NCBI GenBank assembly: GCA_900234795.1
Contig: LT962688.1
Coordinates: forward strand, 5,100,001 to 5,132,000
From: Methylorubrum extorquens
GTDB lineage: Bacteria > Pseudomonadota > Alphaproteobacteria > Rhizobiales > Beijerinckiaceae
Direction: 5' to 3'
Length of the DNA stretch: 32,000 nt
The notes under the pieces are model-generated. The model worked only from the letters and a program-made list of their open reading frames with translations. It was not told the DNA's origin and searched no databases. This document shows positions 24,668 through 32,000 of the stretch, one piece after another. The position numbers and the translations under genes were made by a program. Each line of letters begins with the position of its first letter. Positions within the stretch are counted from its first letter, which is position 1.

Positions 24668-25042
24668 GTGTGTAAGATCGCCGTCAACACGAGCAGGGCA
24701 ATGACGCGTTCACCCAACAGGCAACCTGGCAAACTTCCACGCCAAGCGCAGATTTCTGCTCGCGCCGCAGACTTAAGTGGCGCTCGCAATCAGGCTCCAA
24801 AGGTTCAGACGCCGCGGACAGTTCTGGGCCTCGATGAGCGTTTAGCGCGTGAGCTTGTTCAGGGGCTTGTGCGGTCCGCCGCCGCGCGAGGCAGCGATCC
24901 GGTCACGCGCCTTCAGGAGTTTCGCACGCTGCAGCTAGCCGCGACCGCGATGTCACAAGACGCCACCGTTGCACAAACTGCCGAGCAGCTCGTCCGCGCA
25001 GCTGATCTGATCCTGCAGGAGTTGCTCACGGCGAAGTCGTAG
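24668..25042 (+). CDS. Possible small helical protein upstream of the B12-binding gene; start uncertain
   Basis: Only the C-terminal ~75 codons look protein-like (TVLGLDERLARELVQGLVRSAAARGSDPVTRLQEFRTLQLAATAMSQ...). It overlaps an alternative minus-strand ORF (24514..24789). Confidence 0.3.
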   Translation: MCKIAVNTSRAMTRSPNRQPGKLPRQAQISARAADLSGARNQAPKVQTPRTVLGLDERLARELVQGLVRSAAARGSDPVTRLQEFRTLQLAATAMSQDATVAQTAEQLVRAADLILQELLTAKS

Positions 25043-25219
25043 GCTGGGGGGAACGGTTTACGCAATCAAGTGAGCCCCATCGGGATGCCGACCAGTGGGC
25101 TGCCGAAAAGGGCGCTTGCTTTACAATTTGAGAATTTGAGAGTTTTCTAGCGCCTTGGCATGGCCGCGCCGACGGTCACAGACACCTAGGGATTCAGCCC
25201 TGGATCGTGGGAGGGCGCT

Positions 25220-26104
25220 GTGCTGGACCTCGGACCATCCCATCATGAGTGGGCCGACCTGCTGACGGCCGAGCTTGCTGAAGTCGCCGAAGTCCGAGAG
25301 GCTTATGCGCGACGGCGATCCGCTGATGAAGCGCGCGAGCGTACCCTAACTCTCGGCCGCGTCATCCAAGACGAAATCATCCCGCGGCTGATGCTGCTGA
25401 ATCGATCGGATATGCAAGTAGGGCCTAGTGCCCTGCCTAAGCCCGACACGCAGCTGGTCGCAGACTTCACTGACCTCGTTCTCAAGCAGGATGTCGCCGC
25501 CCTCATCATCGCATTCAAAGCTCTGGTGGAGAAGGGCCATTCGGCCGATGAGCTGTTTCTCGACCTGCTCGCGCCCTCTGCAGCTTTGCTGGGACGCCTA
25601 TGGGACGAGGATCTGTGCGACTTCATTGAGGTGACGGCAGGTCTCGCCCAATTGCAGTTCCTATTGTCCACGTTCCGCACTGACGGTTGTATCGCGCCGT
25701 TTGACGACAAGCGCCGCGTCCTTCTGATGGGAGCACCCGGTGAGCAGCACACGTTTGGCATAGCGATTGTGGAGCAGTTCCTATGCAAGGCCGGCTGGAA
25801 TGTGGTGAGTGGTCTCGCCTGCAGCGACCGGCAGATTGCCGAAATGGTCGGATCGGAATGGTTCGGCGTTGTGGGCCTGACCCTCAGCCGTGAGTCACAC
25901 CTCGATCAGTTGGCCGCCTCAATCCGTGCCGTGCGTCGAGCCGCCCGCAACCCCTCGATCGGCGTCATGGTCGGCGGTCCGGTTTTCCTAGAGCATCCGG
26001 AGTTCGTCAGGCAGGTAGGAGCAGACGCCTCGGCCGTTGATGCGCCAACGGCAGTCTTGCTTGCTCAACGACTGCTATCGTACACGCGCGCCGCATATTC
26101 TTAA
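25220..26104 (+). CDS. Stand-alone cobalamin (B12)-binding-domain protein, AerR/PpaA/CarH-sensor-like, no DNA-binding domain
   Basis: GTG start with SD GGGAGGG. It has an N-terminal helical B12-binding_2-like part (LLAPSAALLGRLWDEDLCDFIEVTAG). The Rossmann-type B12 domain contains RRVLLMGAPGEQHTFGIAIVEQFLCKAGWNV (E-x-H-x-x-G lower-ligand motif) and VGLTLS...GVMVGGP. Confidence 0.8.
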   Translation: MLDLGPSHHEWADLLTAELAEVAEVREAYARRRSADEARERTLTLGRVIQDEIIPRLMLLNRSDMQVGPSALPKPDTQLVADFTDLVLKQDVAALIIAFKALVEKGHSADELFLDLLAPSAALLGRLWDEDLCDFIEVTAGLAQLQFLLSTFRTDGCIAPFDDKRRVLLMGAPGEQHTFGIAIVEQFLCKAGWNVVSGLACSDRQIAEMVGSEWFGVVGLTLSRESHLDQLAASIRAVRRAARNPSIGVMVGGPVFLEHPEFVRQVGADASAVDAPTAVLLAQRLLSYTRAAYS

Positions 26105-26255
26105 GACTGGAATGAGTTTTTATAAGCACCGGCGGCAGTCCGGACCGGAACAAGTCTTCAGGAGTAAATAACCGATATAACTATGAGTTGTCGAGGCAAA
26201 CGTATGGTGGAATGATCGTACAATCAGTCGTTGCCGCTCGTTGACCTGACCGGCA

Positions 26256-27308
26256 TATTCGGTCCCGCTGTGTGGTGATACAACTGATGCCGCATGGAGG
26301 GACGCGCTATGGGACAAGTTCTCCACGGCAGCGCCACGACGACTGAGACGGTCCGTCGGGCAATCCAAGCTCGTCAAGAGAGCGTGAGGGCCGCTGCCAA
26401 GCGCTACGGCATCAGCCCCACGACGGTGCAGAAGTGGCGCTCACGCCAGACCAGCACGGATGCACGGATGGGGCCGAAGGAGCCCCGCTCCAGCGTGCTC
26501 AGCCTGGAGGACGAGGCGGTCATCGTCGCCTTCCGGCGGCACACCCTGCTGCCGCTCGACGACTGCCTCTACGCGCTGCAGCCGAGCCTGCCGCATCTGA
26601 CCCGCTCGTCACTCCACCGCTGCCTGCAGCGTCACGGCATCAGCCGCCTGCCGGATGTGGACGGCGACAAGCCTAAGCGGTCGCGCTTCAAGGCCTACCC
26701 GATCGGCTACTTTCACATCGACATCGCACAGGTCAGCACGGAACAGGGCAAGCTGCACCTGTTCGTGGCCATCGATCGCACGAGCAAGTTCGCATTCGTT
26801 CAACTGCACGAGAAGGCGACTCAACGGATCGCGGCAGCCTTTCTACACGATCTGGTCGCCGCCGTGCCGTACACGATCCACACGGTGCTGACGGATAATG
26901 GCATCCAGTTCACCGACAACCATCCGGTGGACGAGGAGGCCGAGGCTAAGGCGGCAGCTTATTGGGCCGAACGCGACGAGCCACGCATCTACCGCTGGCA
27001 CTCGTTCGAGTGGGCCTGCGAGCAGACCAAGATCGAGCATCGCCTGACCAAGCCGCGCTGCCCGTGGACGAATGGCCAAGTCGAGCGGATGAACCGCACC
27101 ATCAAGGACGCCACGGTCAAGCGCTACCATTACGCCAGCCACGACGAGCTCCGGATGCACCTGCAGCTGTTCGTGGATGCCTACAACTACGGCCGCCGAC
27201 TCAAGACCCTGCGCGGCCTCACACCTTATGAGTTCATCTGCCAGACCTGGACGAAAGAGCCCGAACGCTTCAGGCTCGATCCGTCACACCACATGCCGGG
27301 ACCGAACA
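26256..27308 (+). mobile_element. IS481-family insertion sequence (1053 bp)
   Basis: Left end TATTCGGTCCCGCTGTGTGGTGATAC versus the reverse complement of the right end, TGTTCGGTCCCGGCATGTGGTGTGAC (20 of 26 identical). It has a single transposase ORF. I see no flanking direct repeat (CCGGCA vs CCCCGA). Confidence 0.75.
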
Positions 27309-27349
27309 CCCCGACGTTGAAGATTATTTTTAGAAAATTGCCGTGGTGA
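26309..27349 (+). CDS. IS481-family DDE transposase
   Basis: MGQVLHGSATTTETVRRAIQ...GYFHIDIAQV...VLTDNGIQFT...CPWTNGQVERMNRTIKDATV. The ATG at 26309 is preceded by GGAGGG. The ORF runs 41 nt past the right inverted repeat, so the last ~13 residues (TPTLKIIFRKLPW) are encoded by flanking DNA. Confidence 0.9.
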   Translation: MGQVLHGSATTTETVRRAIQARQESVRAAAKRYGISPTTVQKWRSRQTSTDARMGPKEPRSSVLSLEDEAVIVAFRRHTLLPLDDCLYALQPSLPHLTRSSLHRCLQRHGISRLPDVDGDKPKRSRFKAYPIGYFHIDIAQVSTEQGKLHLFVAIDRTSKFAFVQLHEKATQRIAAAFLHDLVAAVPYTIHTVLTDNGIQFTDNHPVDEEAEAKAAAYWAERDEPRIYRWHSFEWACEQTKIEHRLTKPRCPWTNGQVERMNRTIKDATVKRYHYASHDELRMHLQLFVDAYNYGRRLKTLRGLTPYEFICQTWTKEPERFRLDPSHHMPGPNTPTLKIIFRKLPW

Positions 27350-27596
27350 GCTGAGCGCCAAGTTCGCTGGGCTGAGGCGCGCCGCTGCCGAAGAGCGATC
27401 GTCCCGTTTTGTCAGGCAATGCTAATTCGATAACATTGTCGTTGTGAGGCAAAGACTTGTTCTTTGACTTAGAACAAGATGCCTTCTTGAGCTTTGCGCG
27501 GTGAATGACGGCGGCCACATGAGGAGAGCGCCGGTTGATCCAAGTCTCATGGCGCATGCACATCGCTTGTAGAAAGTGGCGCTCGCTTAACTTCAT
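27330..27596 (-). CDS. Small conserved protein (88 aa), paralogue of 14456..14647
   Basis: MKLSERHFLQAMCMRHETWINRRSPHVAAVIHRAKLKKAS...HNDNVIELALPD.... I trimmed the track ORF to the ATG at 27596. Its stop lies 22 bp from the IS481 right end. Confidence 0.55.
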   Translation of the reverse strand: MKLSERHFLQAMCMRHETWINRRSPHVAAVIHRAKLKKASCSKSKNKSLPHNDNVIELALPDKTGRSLFGSGAPQPSELGAQLTTAIF

Positions 27597-28219
27597 AGGT
27601 TCTTCCCCCAAGGACGAGGCGTACGATCACAGAGGCGTGATCAGATAGGAAGGCTATGAATGCGGGGATCTGGCAGTTTTGTACCGATTTTTTGCCAAAT
27701 GGTCCCGCCTGTGGTTGCGTAAGTACCTGTTAAGGCCGGCTAAAGTGTGTCAGCGGCCGGAGACGCTCGCACTAAATGAGCCTGGAGGGTGGGTGAGACT
27801 CAACGGACAGTCGATTTGCCAACCCTCCAGCCTCACGCCGCATAGGACACCTTCGATGGCGACGCCTGTTGCCTGCGGCCGATCTGCAAGGCAGTGCCGG
27901 AAGTGGTGATACGCTGGGAACTCGATATTGTCGTTCTGAAGCCCCTTAGAGGCTAGGGTATTAGTATCCCGCTCTGCCTGCAGAGCCTGTCTGGCCTCAA
28001 CAAGATCATGGACCGGAGCGAATAGGCGGTGATCTGCTCCGCTTATAACCTCCTGCGCTGGCACGGGTCTGACGCTAGGCCTGGACGCGGCAGCCTCGCC
28101 CGACCAGTACCCGGCCGCAAACTCGCCACCTCGCCGTTCCATAGCCCCCTAAGACCGTCCGCTCAACCGAACCTGGTTTCGGACCGTCCCTACCCCGCGC
28201 CCAGGCTTTCCAGTAGCGT

Positions 28220-31200
28220 ATGACCGAGAGTGCCGGCTCCCCGAACCTCAACTTCCTCTCGGGCGGGGGACGGATGGGCGAACGTATGCGCGCCCATGAC
28301 TGGTCGAATTCAACGCTCGGGCGGCCGGAGACCTGGCCGCAGTGCCTGCGCTCGGCCGTGAGCCTGATGCTCGGCTCCAAGTTCCCGATGTTCGTGGCTT
28401 GGGGGCCGGAGCTCGGATTCCTTTATAACGAGCCTTACGCGGAAATCCTCGGCGACAAGCATCCGGCCGCCCTCGGAAGCCGCTTCCACGACATCTGGGC
28501 CGAGATCTGGGACGACATCGCGCCGCTGATCGACCGCGCCATGGCGGGCGAGGCGACATGGGCCGAGAACTTGCCGCTCGTCATGAACCGACACGGCTAC
28601 GACGAGCGGACCTGGTTCACCTTCTCCTACTCGCCCGTTCGGGACGACGAAGGCGAGGTCGGCGGCATGTTCTGCGCCTGCACGGAAACGACCGCCAAGG
28701 TGAAAGCCGAGGAGGCCCTGCGCGCGAGCGAGGCCCGAGCCTCCGGCGTGCTGGAGGGCATGGGCGAGGGCTTCATGCTGCTCGACCGTGATTTCCGCAT
28801 CCTACAGATGAACGCGGAAGGCTTCCGGTTGGAGGAGCGGCCGCCCGGCGAGGTGCTCGGGAGCTCGCATTGGGAGATCTATCCGGGCTCGGAGCAGATG
28901 CCCATCGGACAGATGTATCTGCGAGCCATGCGCGAGCGGATGCCCTTGACGCTGGAGCACCGTCACGTCTGGCCCGATGGGCACGCGGCTTGGCTGGAGG
29001 TGCGAGCCTACCCGCATCCGGAAGGGTTGGCGTTGTTCTACCGCGATGTGACGGAACGCCGGGAGCGCGAGAAGGCGCTGCGCGAGGCCGAGGCGCGACT
29101 GCGCGCTCTGGCGGACAACCTGCCTGGCGGCATGGTCTACCAAATCGCGATGGACAGGGATGGTTCGAACCGGCGCTTCCTCTACGTGTCGCGGGGCTTC
29201 GAGCGCATGACCGGCATGTCGGCCGAGGCCGCGCTGCTCGACCCGGCCGCGGCCTACGACCTGATCCTGCCCGAGTACCGCGAGGGCTTGGCCGCAGCCG
29301 AGCACGTCGCGATCCGGGACCTCGCGCCGTTCGACTTCGAGACGCCCTTCCGTCGTAGCGACGGGGAGGTGCGCTGGAGCCGCATCATCTCGGCGCCTCG
29401 GCGGCAGCCCGACGGTTCGCTCGTCTGGGACGGCATCCAGTTCGATGATACCGACCGCAAGCAGGTCGAGGAGCGCCTTCGCGAGAGCGAGGCCAAGTTC
29501 CAGGCCATCGCCAACTCCATCGACCAGATGGTGTGGTCGACGGGTCCCGACGGCCACCACGATTACTTCAACCAACGCTGGTACGACTTCACCGGCGTGC
29601 CGGCAGGCTCGACGGACGGCAAGGACTGGGAGGACATCGTCCACCCGGGTGACCGGGCGCGCACGTGGACGTCCTGGAGTGCGTGTCTTGCAACGGGCGA
29701 GCCCTACCGGATCGAGTACCGGCTGCGCCACCGCACAGGGCAGTACCGCTGGACGCTCGGACGAGCCCTGCCAATGCGCGACGAGGCGGGCCGGATCACG
29801 CGCTGGTTCGGCACCTGCACCGACATCCAGGACATCGTCGAGGCGCGCGAGGTCCTGGCGCGCTCGCGCGAGGACCTTGAACGGTTGGTAGCGGAGCGTA
29901 CGGCCGACCGTGACCGCATGTGGCGGCTCTCGACGGACGTCATGCTGGTCGCGCGCTACGACGCCACCATCGAGGCGGTGAACCCGGCCTGGACCACGCT
30001 GCTCGGGTGGGATGAGCGTGAGCTCATCGGTAGCGCCTTCATGGACCTCGTCCATCCGGACGACGTCGCCGCCACGCTTGCGGAGGTCGGGAAGCTGTCG
30101 GGGGGGGTGACCACCCTACGGTTCGAGAACCGCTATCGCCAGAAGGACGGCAGCTACCGCTGGCTCTCGTGGACGGCCGTTCCCGCCGAGGATCTCATCC
30201 ACGCGGTCGGGCGTGACATCACTGCCGAAAAGGAGGCCGCACAAGCCCTCGCTGAAACCGAGGAGGCGCTGCGCCAAGCCCAGAAGATGGAAGCCGTGGG
30301 CCAACTGACGGGCGGCATCGCACACGATTTCAACAACCTCCTGACCGGCATCGTCGGCTCCCTCGACATGATGCAGACCCGCGTCGCGCAGGGTCGAACC
30401 GACACCATCGAGAAGTATGCCAAGGCGGCGATGTCCTCGGCCAATCGCGCGGCCGCCCTGACGCACCGCCTGCTGGCCTTCGCTCGCCGGCAGCCCCTCG
30501 ACCCGAAGCCGGTCAACGCCAACACGCTCGTGACCTCGCTGGAGGATCTGCTGCGCCGGACAATCGGCGAGGCCGTCAGCTTGGAGATCGTCACCGCAGG
30601 CGGCCTGTGGCCGACGCTTTGCGACCCGCACCAGCTCGAAAGCGCTGTCCTGAACCTGGCCATCAACGCGCGCGACGCCATGCCAGACGGCGGCAAGCTC
30701 ACCATCGAGACCTGCAACACGCACCTCGACCGGGCCTATGCCAAGCTGCACCCGGGGGTGGAGCCCGGCCAGTACATTTGCATCTGCGTGACCGATACCG
30801 GCACCGGCATGCCGCCGGACGTCGTCGCGCGGGCCTTCGACCCGTTCTTCACGACGAAACCCATCGGCCAGGGAACGGGGCTCGGCCTGTCGATGATCTA
30901 CGGCTTCGCGCGCCAGTCGGAGGGGCATGCCAAGATCTACTCGGAGGTCGGGCAGGGCACGTCAGTGAAGATCTACCTGCCGCGCCATCGCGGAGCTTTG
31001 ACCGGGGAGGACACGCAGGCATCGGGCCTGACGCAAGCGCACCGGGCCGAGACCGGCGAGACGGTGCTGGTCGTGGAGGACGAGCCGGTGGTGCGCGACC
31101 TCATCGTCGAGGTGCTGCACGATCTCGGCTACCGGGCCTTGGAGGCGCAGGACGGACCCTCCGGCCTCGCCGTTCTGCAGTCGCACGAGCGCATCGACCT

Positions 31201-31417
31201 CTTGGTCACCGACGTCGGCCTACCGGGCTTGAACGGGCGCCAGCTCGCCGACCAGGCCCGCGAAGGGCGGCCCGAGCTCAAGGTGCTGTTCATCACCGGC
31301 TATGCCGAGAACGCGATGTTCGGGAACGGCCACCTCGAACCAGGCATGCAGATGATGACCAAGCCCTTCCCGGTTGAAGCCCTGGCGACGCGCATCCGCG
31401 AGATAATCCAGAGTTGA
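28220..31417 (+). CDS. Multi-PAS/PAC hybrid sensor histidine kinase with C-terminal receiver
   Basis: 1065 aa. The N-terminal sensor FLSGGGRMGERMRAHDWSNSTLGRPETWPQCLRSAV is followed by several PAS/PAC repeats (WLEVRAYP, RWSRIISAPRR, YRWTLGRALPMRDEAGRITRWFGTCTDI, YRWLSWTAVP). Then come H-box VGQLTGGIAHDFNNLLTGI, N-box LNLAINARDAM, G1 VTDTGTGMP and G2 GQGTGLGLS. The REC domain is VLVVEDEPVVRD...DLLVTDVGLPGLNG...KPF. Confidence 0.9.
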   Translation: MTESAGSPNLNFLSGGGRMGERMRAHDWSNSTLGRPETWPQCLRSAVSLMLGSKFPMFVAWGPELGFLYNEPYAEILGDKHPAALGSRFHDIWAEIWDDIAPLIDRAMAGEATWAENLPLVMNRHGYDERTWFTFSYSPVRDDEGEVGGMFCACTETTAKVKAEEALRASEARASGVLEGMGEGFMLLDRDFRILQMNAEGFRLEERPPGEVLGSSHWEIYPGSEQMPIGQMYLRAMRERMPLTLEHRHVWPDGHAAWLEVRAYPHPEGLALFYRDVTERREREKALREAEARLRALADNLPGGMVYQIAMDRDGSNRRFLYVSRGFERMTGMSAEAALLDPAAAYDLILPEYREGLAAAEHVAIRDLAPFDFETPFRRSDGEVRWSRIISAPRRQPDGSLVWDGIQFDDTDRKQVEERLRESEAKFQAIANSIDQMVWSTGPDGHHDYFNQRWYDFTGVPAGSTDGKDWEDIVHPGDRARTWTSWSACLATGEPYRIEYRLRHRTGQYRWTLGRALPMRDEAGRITRWFGTCTDIQDIVEAREVLARSREDLERLVAERTADRDRMWRLSTDVMLVARYDATIEAVNPAWTTLLGWDERELIGSAFMDLVHPDDVAATLAEVGKLSGGVTTLRFENRYRQKDGSYRWLSWTAVPAEDLIHAVGRDITAEKEAAQALAETEEALRQAQKMEAVGQLTGGIAHDFNNLLTGIVGSLDMMQTRVAQGRTDTIEKYAKAAMSSANRAAALTHRLLAFARRQPLDPKPVNANTLVTSLEDLLRRTIGEAVSLEIVTAGGLWPTLCDPHQLESAVLNLAINARDAMPDGGKLTIETCNTHLDRAYAKLHPGVEPGQYICICVTDTGTGMPPDVVARAFDPFFTTKPIGQGTGLGLSMIYGFARQSEGHAKIYSEVGQGTSVKIYLPRHRGALTGEDTQASGLTQAHRAETGETVLVVEDEPVVRDLIVEVLHDLGYRALEAQDGPSGLAVLQSHERIDLLVTDVGLPGLNGRQLADQAREGRPELKVLFITGYAENAMFGNGHLEPGMQMMTKPFPVEALATRIREIIQS

Positions 31418-31628
31418 GGGATGGTTCGCCGACACCGGGCCGCGCTGCCAGCGCTTCCGATGAGACAAAGGCGGCAAAAGCCTGGCAAGTAGGACGGACT
31501 GCACCTGAGAAAAAGCAGCGGCGATGGTCTATCGCCTCTCAGCTGCCCGCGTCTAGGCCCACTTCTAGAAGGTCGAGAGCCAACTCGACCAGTTCCGGGC
31601 CGAGGAGTTCTGGGACCGCGTTATTCAC

Positions 31629-32000
31629 TCAGGCGGCAGCAGGTACCGCTTGGTTGGCCGTCCGCAGATGCAGATCCGCTTCGACCTGGGGCCATCGGCT
31701 CAGGAACGCCGTGACCACCGCCGGGTCGAAGTGGGCGCCAGCGCTCTCGATTAGGTGCTGGCGGGCGCGCTCGGGCGACCATGCCTGCTTATAGGGGCGC
31801 TCCGTCGTCAGCGCGTCGAAGACGCCGGCCACCGCGACGATGCGGCCGGACAGTGGGATGGCCTCACCCTTCAGGCCGTACGGGTAGCCAGCCCCGTCCC
31901 AGCGCTCGTGGTGGCTCGCCGCGATCTCCGCGGCGAGCCCGCATGACGGGCGAGGCGCTGCCGCCGAGGATGCGCTGGCCGCGCTCGGCGTGCGTCTCCA
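31629..32000 (-). CDS. HD-GYP domain protein (c-di-GMP phosphodiesterase-type), 5' end beyond the window
   Basis: My minus-strand translation gives ...[75 protein letters not shown].... This contains the HHExxDGxGYP signature. The track shows only the part after an internal GTG. Confidence 0.8.
   Translation of the reverse strand, partial: WRRTPSAASASSAAAPRPSCGLAAEIAASHHERWDGAGYPYGLKGEAIPLSGRIVAVAGVFDALTTERPYKQAWSPERARQHLIESAGAHFDPAVVTAFLSRWPQVEADLHLRTANQAVPAAA

Noticed and set aside
28802-30928. Long minus-strand ORFs (417 aa and 270 aa) inside the multi-PAS kinase gene
   Set aside because: They are antisense shadows of a 1065-aa gene with unambiguous PAS/HisKA/HATPase/REC motifs. Their composition is dominated by Arg, Ala, Pro, Gly and Val (Arg alone about 20%).
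1-32000. CRISPR arrays, rRNA genes, and long tandem repeats
   Set aside because: No regularly spaced direct repeats or rRNA-like conserved stretches were seen on either strand. The only repeats are the IS copies and the 125-bp module.

Overview
High-GC (about 65-70%) alphaproteobacterial-type DNA; protein motifs suggest Rhizobiales or Methylobacterium, but that is inference only. It is a heavily rearranged accessory region rather than core chromosome. I recognise four insertion sequences. Two are near-identical direct copies of a 1281-bp IS3-family element (3394..4674 and 16607..17887). The third is a different 1470-bp IS3-family element (19070..20539), and the fourth is a 1053-bp IS481-family element (26256..27308). 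The left end carries a phytochrome-type phosphorelay operon on the minus strand: bphP-like kinase, CheY-like regulator, REC-HK-REC hybrid kinase. IS copy A removed the photosensory N-terminus of the kinase. The 11.9 kb between the two identical IS copies is a mosaic. It holds a low-GC island of small orphan ORFs (about 5044..7520) and an ORF-poor stretch. It also encodes a secreted DUF3280-like protein, a Nu1-like HTH protein, a PraR-like XRE regulator, a secreted thermonuclease, a Crp/Fnr gene remnant and a phasin. A 125-bp segment occurs twice within it. To the right of IS copy B lies a prophage remnant with no structural genes: a tyrosine integrase cut before its catalytic Tyr, a small Xis/AlpA-like HTH gene apparently split by the second IS type, a ParB-domain/DNA-methyltransferase fusion, a DUF5681-like protein and a large terminase. 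The right third carries a stand-alone B12-binding-domain protein, the IS481 element, a 1065-aa multi-PAS hybrid histidine kinase and a partial HD-GYP gene. I saw no rRNA, tRNA or CRISPR array. I could not identify a clearly novel multi-gene system with confidence. The best candidates for unexplained biology are the low-GC orphan island, two repeated small-ORF or intergenic modules, and the IS-rewired light-sensing operon.
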